DNA of 64,000 nucleotides from Spirochaetia bacterium. Lineage in GTDB: Bacteria > Spirochaetota > Spirochaetia > CAKZLE01. Where the stretch lies: assembly GCA_963677595.1 (NCBI GenBank), contig OY782041.1:704001-768000 (forward strand). Direction: 5' to 3'. Below the pieces are notes generated by a model. The model worked only from the letters and a program-made list of their open reading frames with translations, was not told the DNA's origin and did no database searches. How positions within the stretch are numbered: position 1 is the stretch's first letter; each line of letters opens with the position of its first letter. This document shows, one piece after another, positions 1 through 14,292 of the stretch. The position numbers were made by a program, and so were the translations under genes.

Positions 1-2
1 TG

Positions 3-692
3 ATGGTCAAATCAATAGCGCCGGAAGGAAACGAGACTGCAAACCTGCTGAACTGGATCATTGAGGAGTCACAGACGATCCTGCAGGACCACCCGGTCAA
101 CAGGAAGAGGATCGAGGCAGGCAAGGACCCAGCCAACTCAGTATGGTTCTGGGCACAGGGATACCGTCCTCAGATGGAGACCTTCGCCGAGCTCTACGGC
201 AAGAACGGCTCAGTCATCTCCGCTGTCGACCTCATCTTCGGTATTGGAGTCTACGCAGGGTTGGATCCGATTCATGTGGCAGGTGCCACCGGATTATATG
301 ATACGAACTATGAGGGGAAAGCTGAAGCCGCCATTGAAGAGCTGAAGAAGAAGGATTTCGTATTCCTCCACTTCGAGGCAAGTGATGAGGCAGGGCATGA
401 GGGGGACTTCGAGCTGAAGGTGAAGACCCTCGAATACCTGGACAGTCGGGCAGTGAAGCCGATCATCGAGGCAGTCTCACAGTTCGAGGAACCGGTCTCC
501 ATCGCGATCCTGCCGGACCACCCGACCCCATGTGCCATCAGGACCCATGTCCATGACGCAGTCCCGGTGCTGATCTTCAATCCTGAGGTTCCCGGGGACG
601 GCATCACCTCCTACGATGAGGAGTCGGTAAAGCAGGGTTCCCTCGGTACCATGGTCGGCCCGCAGTTCATCAGGACCTTCTTCAAGGAATAA
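3..692 (+). CDS. apgM: Cofactor-independent phosphoglycerate mutase, ApgM/archaeal type (C-terminal part; 5' end outside window)
   Basis: Motifs ISAVDL, GATG-YDTNYEGK, FLHFEASDEAGHEG, PDHPTP and H-DAVP typical of AP-superfamily iPGM. Confidence 0.85.
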   Translation: MVKSIAPEGNETANLLNWIIEESQTILQDHPVNRKRIEAGKDPANSVWFWAQGYRPQMETFAELYGKNGSVISAVDLIFGIGVYAGLDPIHVAGATGLYDTNYEGKAEAAIEELKKKDFVFLHFEASDEAGHEGDFELKVKTLEYLDSRAVKPIIEAVSQFEEPVSIAILPDHPTPCAIRTHVHDAVPVLIFNPEVPGDGITSYDEESVKQGSLGTMVGPQFIRTFFKE

Positions 693-711
693 CTCACTCC
701 ACCCAGACGCA

Positions 712-742
712 GGAAGACCTCCCGTAAAGGGAGGTCTCTTCT
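712..742. terminator. Intrinsic terminator hairpin between apgM and the convergent rRNA operon
   Basis: Inverted repeat AGACCTCCC-gtaaa-GGGAGGTCT just after the stop; more hairpins at about 750-790. Confidence 0.6.
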
Positions 743-807
743 GGAACCCTGCAGCCGGAGGGCTGCATGACCGTGTCATGGATGACAAGGTCTAAAAAAT
801 AAAAAAA

Positions 808-920
<113 letters not shown>

Positions 921-1008
921 TTACTTATTTGCTTCACCTCAGCAGTGCCGGTTGTACACCGTCCACTGCTGTAGCAAAGCAAATTGTTCAAAGAATTATA
1001 GAATAATA

Positions 1009-3996
<2,988 letters not shown>

Positions 3997-4223
3997 TATT
4001 ATCCTATAATCCTTCTCTATCACCTTCTTCCAAAGGTCTACCATCCGTCACTCCCGTGACAAACAGGCTATGTCAATCGGCAACTTGCGTTACCGTGTGA
4101 GATTCCGCTTATCAGTAAAATCTCAAAAAAATGGACATACTCACTATAGTTAGCAGCATGCCACCATCTGGACCTAAAAAAAATCCGGATGCATTTTCAT
4201 CCACATAAGCGAATGAAGATGAG

Positions 4224-4297
4224 TGGGCCTGACAAGACTTGAACTTGTGACCTCGCGCTTATCAGGCGCGCGCTCTAACCACCTGAGCTACAGGCCC
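4224..4297 (-). tRNA. tRNA-Ile(GAT) in the 16S-23S spacer; CCA not encoded
   Basis: rc GGGCCTGTAGCTCAGGTGGTTAGAGCGCGCGCCT-GAT-AAGCGCGAGGTCACAAGTTCAAGTCTTGTCAGGCCCA folds as a cloverleaf. Confidence 0.95.
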
Positions 4298-4516
4298 ATA
4301 CAAAGTAATCAGAAAAGTGAAGGAATAGGTAACCATAAGGGTTGGCGAGATTACTCGCCTTGTGACATCCTGTTACGGCTGCCACCGTCCTACGGACATT
4401 GATGAGATTACTCATCTGATGGGTTTCCCCATCTTGGTTGAAGGTCAGGAGTGAAGCTCCTTCCCCTCTGGACTGTACATCGAGTCCATTCTTTCGTTAG
4501 AAAGACCCTTTCTTAC

Positions 4517-6062
<1,546 letters not shown>

Positions 6063-6269
6063 ATAAGTTAAGCATCCGAAGATGCTCATTACCATTGTTC
6101 GTTTTCCCCTGTCTTCTCGCTGACTTGCCCAGTTGGTCTTCGACCAACTGGCCTTCATCTTTGAATTGACTTAGGACCCTTACGGTTCCTATTCTTCATC
6201 CTTCACTTTTCTTATTTCTCTGTCAAAAATCATGCTCCATCTGAGGTGTTACCCTCAGTGCGCTCGACA

Positions 6270-6298
6270 TTTATACCAAATGGACCATCTCTTGTCAA
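6270..6298 (-). promoter_or_regulatory. rRNA operon sigma70 promoter
   Basis: rc TTGACA-17 nt-TATAAA with TG extension and T-tract-rich upstream region; boxA-like TGATTTTTGACA at about 6221-6232. Confidence 0.8.
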
Positions 6299-6390
6299 CA
6301 ACCATATTGAAAAAATCACGAAAAAAACGGCCCGGGGATGGGTAAACATCGATATCATCTTATCGGGGAAGCAATAACCGATTCATGGTG

Positions 6391-7173
6391 CTATGCGAGC
6401 AGGTGTTCTGCGAACCGGGCGAACCCACGTCCACCTGGGAGCTCTGTACCATAGGCCGGGAGGTCTTCGGCCTCCCACCCGAGGCCCTCCAGGTCACCTA
6501 CCCCTATCGATACCGGGAAGGCTCGGAACAGGGGGATGTCATTCGTCGAGTCACCACAGTAGACCGACTGCCCGATGAGCTCATCGAACCCAAGGCCATA
6601 CCGGTGCTGCATGAAAAGCTTCACCATATCGAGCTTGTTGTAGCTGCCGAACCAGCAGTTCACGTGGATCGAGGAGACCCCGAAGGAGGCGCCGACCTCT
6701 CCACAGATATCGGTGATGCGCGCTATCCCGTCCTGGTCGAGGAACGGTGGTTCACTGTGGTGATCGAATGCGATATCGAAGATCCTGCAGAACTGGTCTG
6801 AGGAGAGTTTGCTGCCGGGCACCTCCGAGAGGACCCTGCCGATCAGCCGGTCTGCCCGCTCACGATAGCCCTCCCGCTCGATGCTCGGGTGGTGGTAGAT
6901 CCCCCGGCTGCCGTCAGATTCGGTATAGAAGGCGAGCGCCCCGCTCTCCGTGATCACCGAATCGATCGGCCACTGCCTGAGATAGGTATCTGACCAGCCG
7001 GCAGACCCGCCGGTGACGGGGATGATCCTGATCCCTGCATCCTGCAGGGAGTAGAGGGCAGCGAGCGTCTCCGGCAGGAGCCGTCCGTGCGTGGTTATCG
7101 TGTCATCCACATCCGTCAGGATAAACTTCACCTGCTTCAGCAGTGTCCGATCCAGTGTTTCCAGGTGCTCCAT
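6391..7173 (-). CDS. HAD-IIB family hydrolase/phosphatase
   Basis: DVDDT motif I, VTGG motif II, K and GDSTND motif IV. Confidence 0.85.
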   Translation of the reverse strand: MEHLETLDRTLLKQVKFILTDVDDTITTHGRLLPETLAALYSLQDAGIRIIPVTGGSAGWSDTYLRQWPIDSVITESGALAFYTESDGSRGIYHHPSIEREGYRERADRLIGRVLSEVPGSKLSSDQFCRIFDIAFDHHSEPPFLDQDGIARITDICGEVGASFGVSSIHVNCWFGSYNKLDMVKLFMQHRYGLGFDELIGQSVYCGDSTNDIPLFRAFPVSIGVGDLEGLGWEAEDLPAYGTELPGGRGFARFAEHLLA

Positions 7174-7181
7174 ACCAGTCC

Positions 7182-7772
7182 CTACCGGGTCATTCCTGAG
7201 AGTTTAGGAAGGGCATCACGCAGGTAGCTGACAAACGACAGCAGCGATGCCAGGGCAGCGAGCATGAAGAGGTACGGGAGGACCGTCCCGTAGAGCTCCA
7301 GCCATGCCGGGGTGTCGGCGACCATCCGGATGAGGACTGAGTAGAGGATTCCCAGGATCGCGGAGACCGCGTAGAGGACGGCTTTCATCTTCCCCCAGAT
7401 CGAGGCAGCCATGGCTACCCCCTGCCCCATGAGGATCATACGCAGGAAGGTCACCCCGAGCTCCCGGTAGAGGATGATCAGGAACGTCCATAGCGGCATA
7501 ATCGAGGAGAAGGCAAGACAGACGAAGTAGGTCATCCTGCTCATGACATCGGAGAAGGGGTCAAGCACCTTGCCGAGGTCTGTGACCATGTCGTACTTCC
7601 TGGCGATGATGCCGTCGAGCAGGTCACTCGCCTCGATGAGGATATAGACGATCACCAGCATCCAGGTCATGAGCTGCAGGTCAGCTCCGGTCCATTGGGG
7701 CAGGAAATAGATGACGAAGAACAATGGAGCCAGGAACAGGCGGCTCATAGTCAGTTTGTTAGGCAGATTCAT
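7182..7772 (-). CDS. pgsA: CDP-diacylglycerol--glycerol-3-phosphate 3-phosphatidyltransferase
   Basis: MNLPNKLT start; DLLDGIIAR...GKVLDPFSD CDP-alcohol phosphotransferase motif. Confidence 0.9.
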   Translation of the reverse strand: MNLPNKLTMSRLFLAPLFFVIYFLPQWTGADLQLMTWMLVIVYILIEASDLLDGIIARKYDMVTDLGKVLDPFSDVMSRMTYFVCLAFSSIMPLWTFLIILYRELGVTFLRMILMGQGVAMAASIWGKMKAVLYAVSAILGILYSVLIRMVADTPAWLELYGTVLPYLFMLAALASLLSFVSYLRDALPKLSGMTR

Positions 7773-7786
7773 AGGGTTTCAGCTCC

Positions 7787-9283
7787 TTACCATTGATAGA
7801 TATGTGCATATTTATCCCAAAGATACTCAATGAAGCAGGAGGAGTCGAGTACTTCTCCCGTCACCTTCTTCAGGAGTTCCGCAGGCTCATAGATGCTCCC
7901 CCTCCGGTATATCTCCGTGTTTAGCCATGCTGCCGTATCATGCAGGTTCCCTTCTGAGATTCTCTGCGGGGTATCAGGCAGCTGCTTCAGCAGCGTCCGG
8001 TAGAACTGGGCCCCGTAGAGGTTCCCCAGGGCATAGGTCGGGAAGTACCCGATCAGGCCTGCTGACCAGTGGACATCCTGGAGCACCCCGTCGCTCGGTT
8101 TCTCCGGCGTGATCCCCAGCAGTTCCTGCATCAGTGAGTTCCAGGCCCAGGGGAGATCCCCCACCTTAAGGTCCCCTGAGACCAGCCGTTTCTCCAGCTC
8201 GTAGCGCAGGATGATATGAAGGTTGTAGGTGACCTCGTCGGCGTTCACCCTGATGAACGAGGGTTCGACCCTGTTGATCCCCCGGAGGAACGCATCCTTG
8301 GTGATCCCGCCCAGCTGTGACGGGAAGAGCCCCTGCAGCTGCGGGTAGTAATACTCCCAGAACTCACCCGACCGGCCGATGATGTTCTCCCACAGCCGTG
8401 ACTGGCTCTCGTGGATCGCCATGGAGACACCATCTGCCAGGACCGTGCCGCGTGTCCGTTCATTGGAAGCCCCGAGCTCGTAGAGCCCGTGGCCCTCCTC
8501 ATGGATCGTACTGAAGAGGGGGGAACTCACTGAGGGTTCCGTGTAGCGCGTCGTGATTCGGACGTCATCGTAGCCCACGGTCGTGGTGAAGGGATGAACA
8601 GCCTCAGCGAGCTGTCCCCGCTTGAAATCGAACCCCATGTCATGGAGGACCTGGCGGCCGAACTGGTCCTGCAGGTCTCTCGGGTACTCCTCATAGAGGA
8701 ACCGGTCGTCAGCCTGCGGGCAGGAGGTGATCCTCTCCAGCAGCTTGAGGACCTCAGCCTTGAGCGGGGCAAAGACCCCGTCTATCTGCGCTGAAGTCAT
8801 CCCCGGCTCATAGTCGTCGAGCAGGGCATCATACGGGAGCCCCTCATAGCCCACAGCTTCGGCATACTCCCGCTTCAGGCTGATGATCTTCTCGAGGTAG
8901 GGGGCGAACGAAGCGAAGTCCTCATCCTTCCTGGCTGAGACCCAGGCATTCTGGCCCCGGGACTCCGCTTCGCTCATGGCGACTACCAGTGTCTTGGGCA
9001 CCTTGACTGCCCTGTCATACTCCCGCTTGTGGATCCGCCTCAGGGCATGGTCCTCCACGGACTGTTCTTCCCCGCAGGCTTCGAGGGCCTCTCCCATCTC
9101 CGGGGAGGCAGTCAGGTCATGTATATAGCCCTTGAGCAGCGAGATCTGCGCTGCCCGACCCTCCAGCCCTTCAGGGGGCATCTGGGTCTCTTCATCCCAT
9201 TCCAGCAGGGCTGCGGTATGCTCGAGCAGGACGATCTCCCGGTCTATTCGTTTGATCTCATCTAGTGCTTGCTTTCTGTCCAA
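7787..9283 (-). CDS. M32 (Taq-type) carboxypeptidase
   Basis: HPF, DVRITT, HEEGH (HEXXH), HESQS, IRVNADE, QDVHW and GYFPTYALG motifs. Confidence 0.92.
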   Translation of the reverse strand: MDRKQALDEIKRIDREIVLLEHTAALLEWDEETQMPPEGLEGRAAQISLLKGYIHDLTASPEMGEALEACGEEQSVEDHALRRIHKREYDRAVKVPKTLVVAMSEAESRGQNAWVSARKDEDFASFAPYLEKIISLKREYAEAVGYEGLPYDALLDDYEPGMTSAQIDGVFAPLKAEVLKLLERITSCPQADDRFLYEEYPRDLQDQFGRQVLHDMGFDFKRGQLAEAVHPFTTTVGYDDVRITTRYTEPSVSSPLFSTIHEEGHGLYELGASNERTRGTVLADGVSMAIHESQSRLWENIIGRSGEFWEYYYPQLQGLFPSQLGGITKDAFLRGINRVEPSFIRVNADEVTYNLHIILRYELEKRLVSGDLKVGDLPWAWNSLMQELLGITPEKPSDGVLQDVHWSAGLIGYFPTYALGNLYGAQFYRTLLKQLPDTPQRISEGNLHDTAAWLNTEIYRRGSIYEPAELLKKVTGEVLDSSCFIEYLWDKYAHIYQW

Positions 9284-9286
9284 TGT

Positions 9287-9922
9287 TCACTCCTGTGTAT
9301 CACTATGCTTCATCGCCCGCTGCCAGATACCATAACCGGATGCCCCAAGCAGGATGAAGATGATCACCGCATACTTGAACACATCGATCACGGAGGAGGC
9401 CCTCGACCCGAAGATGAAGACTGACCAGAAGATGACCCCCGTGGTGGCGAGCACCCCTATGATATCATAGAGAAGGTAGGAACCATAGGGGATCTTCACA
9501 TAACCTGCTCCCATATGCAGGATATTCCTGAACCCGAACGGGATGTACCGTCCAAGGATCAGCATCTTCCTCGTATGGCGGCTGAACTGATGCTCCACCC
9601 AGGCTATGCGGCGATGATATCTCTCATAATGGCGTTTTCGATGTTCTGACTGGTCTTTCTTCCGTACGAACCGGGCTTCGATCACCGGCTCGAACGCCCT
9701 GCCGAACCAGTAGGATACCTGGTCCCCGCTGAAAGCACCGAGCAGCACTGAGACTGCCAGCAGCGGTGCCATACGGGGATAGGCGGCGGCAAGGGATGCC
9801 GCCGCTATGTTCAGCAGGTCCTCCGAGAGGGGGACATTGGCCCCGGCTGCTGTCAGGAGACAGAATATGATCGCCGGAGCCAGCATGATATGGGTCTGTA
9901 GGTACGTTATGATCGTTTCCAT
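9287..9922 (-). CDS. DedA family membrane protein
   Basis: PLSED, GDQVSYWFGR and GRYIPFGFR DedA motifs; hydrophobic helices. Confidence 0.85.
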   Translation of the reverse strand: METIITYLQTHIMLAPAIIFCLLTAAGANVPLSEDLLNIAAASLAAAYPRMAPLLAVSVLLGAFSGDQVSYWFGRAFEPVIEARFVRKKDQSEHRKRHYERYHRRIAWVEHQFSRHTRKMLILGRYIPFGFRNILHMGAGYVKIPYGSYLLYDIIGVLATTGVIFWSVFIFGSRASSVIDVFKYAVIIFILLGASGYGIWQRAMKHSDTQE

Positions 9923-9943
9923 ACCACCCCTGGTACCTGAGTC

Positions 9944-11686
9944 TTACAGGACCTCTTTGTTCTCGACCTTCTCCTGGAGGAAGGAGACGAACTCCTCCAC
10001 GGGGATCCCGTTCTCCTGCTTCCCGTCACGGTACCGGCAGGAGACAGCGGTCTCCGCTTCCTCCTTCTCCCCGATGATGAGCATATAGGGGATCTTCTCC
10101 TTCTGTGCGTTCCTGATCTTCGCGTTCATCCTATCGTTGCTCAAGTCCGCAGATACCCTGAAGCCCTCTGCCTTGAGCAGCTTGACGATCTTCTTCCCGT
10201 ATTCGTTGAACGGTTCCGCTACCGGGATGATCCTCACCTGCTCAGGTGCGAGCCATGGAGGGAAAGCCCCTGCATAGTGCTCGAGCAGCACGCCGAAGAA
10301 CCGCTCGATCGAGCCGAGCAGTGCCCGGTGTACCACGAACGGCTGCTTCTCAGCCCCGTCGGAGTCAACGAAGGTCATCTTGAACCGCTCAGGAAGGTTG
10401 AAGTCGAACTGTACGGTGGAGAGCTGCCAGTCACGACCCATCGCGTCCTTGATCTTGAGGTCGATCTTCGGGCCGTAGAAGGCGCCGCCGCCCTCGTCCA
10501 CGTCATAGTCGAGCCCTTCGGCCTCGATAGCCTTCCGCAGTGACTCGGTCGCGATGTCCCACTTTGCCTTCTCACCGACGCTCTTCTCCGGCATGGTAGA
10601 CAGGTATGCGCTGATGTCCTTGAACCCGAAGGAACGGAGCATATAGAGGGAGAATCGCAGGACCTCGAGGATCTCATCCTCGATCTGCTCAGGGGTACAG
10701 ATGATGTGTGCATCATCCTGGGTGAAGCCCCTTACCCGGAGCAGGCCGTGCAGAGCCCCTGAGTTCTCGTACCGGTAGACGGTGCCGAGCTCAGCCCACC
10801 TGCAGGGAAGCTCCCGGTAGGAGTGCTTGGTGTTGTTGTAGATCATGATATGGAACGGGCAGTTCATCGGCTTCGCATAGTAGTTGGCCTTGTCCATCAC
10901 CATCTCGGGGTACATCCCCTCCTTATAGAAGTCGAGGTGCCCTGAGGTCTCCCAGAGCCAGGATTTCCCGACATGGGGGGTATAGACCATCTCATAGCCG
11001 TTCTTGTAGTGCTCAGCCCGCCAGAAGTCCTCGATCGCCAGGCGGATCCTCGCGCCTTTCGGGTGCCAGTAGACGAGCCCCGGGCCTGCCTCCTCGTGGA
11101 GGCTGAATAAGTCGAGCTCCTTCCCGAGCTTCCGGTGGTCCCGCTTCTCGATATCTTCGAGGTGCTTCATATGGGCACGCAGCTCTTTCGGGTTCGTCCA
11201 TGCGGTCCCGTAGATCCTGGTGAGCATGGGGTTGGTCTCCTTGCCCCTCCAGTACGCGCCTGCTATGGAGAGCAGCTTGAACGCCTGGGCGTTCAGCTCC
11301 TTGGTGGACTCGACATGGGGTCCCCGGCAGAGGTCCTTGAAGGCCCCCTGCTCATAGATGGAGACCTCCTCATCCTCGGGGATCGCCTTAAGCAGCTCGA
11401 GCTTGTAGACCTGGTCCGAGAACTCACTCTCGGCCTCAGCCCGCGAGACGACCTTCCGGACGAACTCCTTCTTCTCCGAGATGATCCGCTTCATCCGCTC
11501 GGTGATCTCCTCGAGGTCATCCGAGACGAGCTGCCTCGGCAGGTCGAAGTCATAGTAGAACCCGTTCTCTATTGCCGGGCCGATCGCGATCTGTGCCGCG
11601 GGGAACATCTCCAGTACCGCCTCAGCCATGACATGCGCCATCGAATGCCGTATCCTGTGCAGTTTCTCGTTACTATCGTCAGCCAT
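9944..11686 (-). CDS. thrS: Threonyl-tRNA synthetase (short form lacking the N-terminal TGS domain)
   Basis: RHSMAH and DLCRGPH editing domain, KPMNCP, RVRGFTQDDAH, GAFYGPKID, HRALLGS; SD AGGAGG. Confidence 0.97.
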   Translation of the reverse strand: MADDSNEKLHRIRHSMAHVMAEAVLEMFPAAQIAIGPAIENGFYYDFDLPRQLVSDDLEEITERMKRIISEKKEFVRKVVSRAEAESEFSDQVYKLELLKAIPEDEEVSIYEQGAFKDLCRGPHVESTKELNAQAFKLLSIAGAYWRGKETNPMLTRIYGTAWTNPKELRAHMKHLEDIEKRDHRKLGKELDLFSLHEEAGPGLVYWHPKGARIRLAIEDFWRAEHYKNGYEMVYTPHVGKSWLWETSGHLDFYKEGMYPEMVMDKANYYAKPMNCPFHIMIYNNTKHSYRELPCRWAELGTVYRYENSGALHGLLRVRGFTQDDAHIICTPEQIEDEILEVLRFSLYMLRSFGFKDISAYLSTMPEKSVGEKAKWDIATESLRKAIEAEGLDYDVDEGGGAFYGPKIDLKIKDAMGRDWQLSTVQFDFNLPERFKMTFVDSDGAEKQPFVVHRALLGSIERFFGVLLEHYAGAFPPWLAPEQVRIIPVAEPFNEYGKKIVKLLKAEGFRVSADLSNDRMNAKIRNAQKEKIPYMLIIGEKEEAETAVSCRYRDGKQENGIPVEEFVSFLQEKVENKEVL

Positions 11687-11707
11687 TATCTCCTCCTGGT
11701 CATATGG

Positions 11708-12030
11708 ACAAAAAAACCTTCATACCAGACGTCCTTCACACATGAATCACGTCTGATACCAGCTATCAGGATCATGTGTAAGGACGAAACGTATGAAGGT
11801 TCTTTCTTCAGCAGTTCCGCGGTCCCACCTTACTTCCTTCAGGAAACACCGGAAGGCTCTTCATTGGCTCGTTCACGCAGAGTAACGTCGAGGCCTACAC
11901 CGACCATGCATGGTCGTTTCGATTCGAAGCTCGGGAGTGGTTTTCAGGAGGGGAAAGCCCGAACATCTTCCAGCCGATGGATGTTCTCTCTCTTGGGTTT
12001 CCATTTCCCTACTCGTCTCCGTCCTAGCCT
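11708..12030 (-). ncRNA. T-box riboswitch (Thr specifier ACC) with long terminator
   Basis: rc shows stem I (AGTA, AGAGA, GCTG boxes), specifier loop GAAA-ACC-AC (11939-11941), T-box AAGGTGGGACCGCG (11818-11831), antiterminator partner CGTCCTT and terminator AACCTTCATAC...GTATGAAGGTT plus T-run. Confidence 0.88.
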
Positions 12031-12120
12031 GTATGAATACTATCGTGAAATGTAAAGGTTTTGTCAACAAGAAACTAGGAAAGAAGAACAGGCTCTGATG
12101 AAAAATACATAAAAACCCCA

Positions 12121-12151
12121 TTGACTAAATATATTTTTATCGATATATATT
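12121..12151 (+). promoter_or_regulatory. Promoter of the Fe-ADH gene with overlapping Rex-like operator (12126-12143)
   Basis: TTGACT-17-TATATA; spacer is TAAATATATTTTTATCGA, resembling two sites upstream of adhE. Confidence 0.55.
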
Positions 12152-12182
12152 TACCCATAAGAACAACCAACAGGAGGACACT

Positions 12183-13328
12183 ATGGGTGTTAATGCATTC
12201 TCGGTTCCACGAAATATGGTATATGGCGAGGGAGCCCTCGCAAAGCTTGCGGACCTTCAGGGGAAGAAGGCTGTCCTGGTCACAGGCGGATCTTCCATGA
12301 AGAAGTTCGGGTTCCTCGACACGGCAGTCAGCCACCTGCAGGAAGCCGGCATGGAGACGGCGATCATCGACGGCGTTGAGCCGAACCCTTCCGTGGAGAC
12401 AGTCAGGAGGGGCGCGAACGAGATGCTCGAGTTCAATCCCGACTGGATCGTAGCGATCGGCGGCGGTTCCGCCCTCGATGCGGCAAAGGTCATGTGGTGC
12501 TTCTATGAACACCCCGAACTCGAGTTCGAGGATATCATCACCCCGGGATCGATGCCGACCCTTCGGAACAAGGCGAAGTTCATCGCTGTCCCCTCGACGA
12601 GCGGCACCGCTTCCGAGATCACGGCATTCTCGGTCATCACCGACACGAAGGCCCATATCAAGTACCCTATCGTCTCAGGCGAGATGGTGCCTGACCTCGC
12701 GATCATCGACCCGGCACTGCCGAAGAAGATGCCTTCCTGGATCACGGCGAACACCGGGATGGATGTCATGGCCCATGCGGTAGAGGCTGTCGCATCAACT
12801 GCCGCAACCTCCTATACGACCCCTTATGCGGTAGAGGCGATCAAGCTCGTGTTCGAGAACCTCGAGAACGCGTACACCAACCCTGATGACATGGCTGCAC
12901 GGGATGCGATGCACAACGCATCGGCATTAGCAGGTATGGCCTTCACCAACGCCTCCCTCGGGCTCGTCCACTCCCTCGCCCACAAGATCGGCGGGGAGTT
13001 CGGCGTCACCCACGGGCTTGCCAATGCCATCCTGATGCCGTACATCATCGAGTACAACAGGCAGTTCACCGATGCATACGACAAGGTCGAGAAGACCCTG
13101 GGCATCGCGAACATCGCTGAAGCCGTCAGGGAGCTCAACGCGAAGCTTGGCATCCCGGCAACCTTCAAGGAGTGCGATGAGGTCGATTTCTCAGAGGCAA
13201 AGTTCACTGCCGTCCTCGACCGGATGAGCGCGAACGCCCTTGCCGACCCCTGCACGCTCACCAACCCCGGCACCCCGACCGTAGAGGATGTCAAAGCGAT
13301 CTACACGGTCGCCTACTATGGAACATGA
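12183..13328 (+). CDS. Iron-containing alcohol dehydrogenase (AdhA/butanol dehydrogenase-like)
   Basis: GGGSALD, PSTSGTASE, DVMAHAVE, HSLAHK and HGLANA Fe-ADH motifs; SD AGGAGG. Confidence 0.92.
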   Translation: MGVNAFSVPRNMVYGEGALAKLADLQGKKAVLVTGGSSMKKFGFLDTAVSHLQEAGMETAIIDGVEPNPSVETVRRGANEMLEFNPDWIVAIGGGSALDAAKVMWCFYEHPELEFEDIITPGSMPTLRNKAKFIAVPSTSGTASEITAFSVITDTKAHIKYPIVSGEMVPDLAIIDPALPKKMPSWITANTGMDVMAHAVEAVASTAATSYTTPYAVEAIKLVFENLENAYTNPDDMAARDAMHNASALAGMAFTNASLGLVHSLAHKIGGEFGVTHGLANAILMPYIIEYNRQFTDAYDKVEKTLGIANIAEAVRELNAKLGIPATFKECDEVDFSEAKFTAVLDRMSANALADPCTLTNPGTPTVEDVKAIYTVAYYGT

Positions 13329-13388
13329 TTCATGCTGACCCCGAATCCCGCATGAATTAGAAATAATACAAGAGAATCCCATACCATT

Positions 13389-13424
13389 TCAGGGAGTATG
13401 ATAGCCATGCTCCCTGATCTTTTT
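13389..13424 (+). terminator. Intrinsic terminator after Fe-ADH
   Basis: TCAGGGAGTATG-loop-CATGCTCCCTGA followed by TCTTTTT. Confidence 0.7.
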
Positions 13425-13526
13425 CTGCATCATCGATCCCTGCTGTCTTTCCAGGCTGCAGAATATTATCAGCGTAGTAGAGACAATTATCTTGCTAATC
13501 CAATGATTATTGATTACTCTTGTTCC

Positions 13527-14189
13527 ATGAATCTAAAAACAGGAAAGATCATATCGACCATCAAAGACCAGGTCTACGACGTGCTCAAGGAGAACATCGT
13601 GAGCGGCATCCTGCAGCCAGGAGAGCGGGTACAGGAGGTCCAGATCGCTGAACAGCTCCAGGTCAGCCGGTCCCCCGTACGGAATGCCATCAACCGCCTC
13701 GTCGGCGAGGGACTCCTCGAGAGCATTCCCAACAAGTGCGTATGCGTACGGCAGTTCACGGACCGTGAGATCATCGAATCCTATGAGTTCCGTCTGATCA
13801 TCGAGAGATACTCGATAGAGAAGGTCCTCGAGCACATGTCCCCTGAGATCGAGAAAGAACTCAGACGCTTCAAGAAGGAGTTCCTCACCTACTCCAGCTT
13901 CGACCAGCTGAAGTCCTGCCTCAGGACCGACACGGAATTCCACGACTATATCGTCACGGTCTCCGGCAACCATGTGATCAAGGAGGCGCTCGACAAGGTC
14001 TCCATGATGATCAGCCCCTTCAGGACCCTCGCCCTCTCGAGAGAGAAACGGTTCTATGAATCGGTAGAGGAACACACCGGGATCATCGATGCACTGCTCG
14101 ACAGGGACGAGCAGCAGGCTGAGGCATACTGCATCAGGCACCTCACTCGTGCGAAGGAAGAGATCCTCACCCATCTGACGAACCAGTAA
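13527..14189 (+). CDS. GntR family (FCD domain) transcriptional regulator, probably leaderless
   Basis: wHTH 'LQPGERV..EQLQVSRSPVRNA' plus FCD (DTEFH, EEH); start placed at ATG 13527, 6 nt after TTGCTA-17-TACTCT. Confidence 0.88.
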   Translation: MNLKTGKIISTIKDQVYDVLKENIVSGILQPGERVQEVQIAEQLQVSRSPVRNAINRLVGEGLLESIPNKCVCVRQFTDREIIESYEFRLIIERYSIEKVLEHMSPEIEKELRRFKKEFLTYSSFDQLKSCLRTDTEFHDYIVTVSGNHVIKEALDKVSMMISPFRTLALSREKRFYESVEEHTGIIDALLDRDEQQAEAYCIRHLTRAKEEILTHLTNQ

Positions 14190-14233
14190 CCCGAAATAAC
14201 CAGCCAGCTGTCAAAACACTTCAAAGATTATGT

Positions 14234-14276
14234 TTGACATGCTCTCGTATCGATGTATAATGTATACATAGTACAT
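14234..14276 (+). promoter_or_regulatory. larA operon promoter with palindromic GntR-type operator
   Basis: TTGACA-16-TATAAT overlapped by the palindrome ATGTATACAT and repeated TGTAT/TACAT half-sites. Confidence 0.6.
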
Positions 14277-14292
14277 GATATATGGATGGTTT

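Noticed and set aside
4344-4416. Repeated GAGATTACTC hairpins in the 16S-tRNA spacer
   Set aside because: Only two short copies in a normally structured spacer; not a CRISPR or a supported ncRNA.
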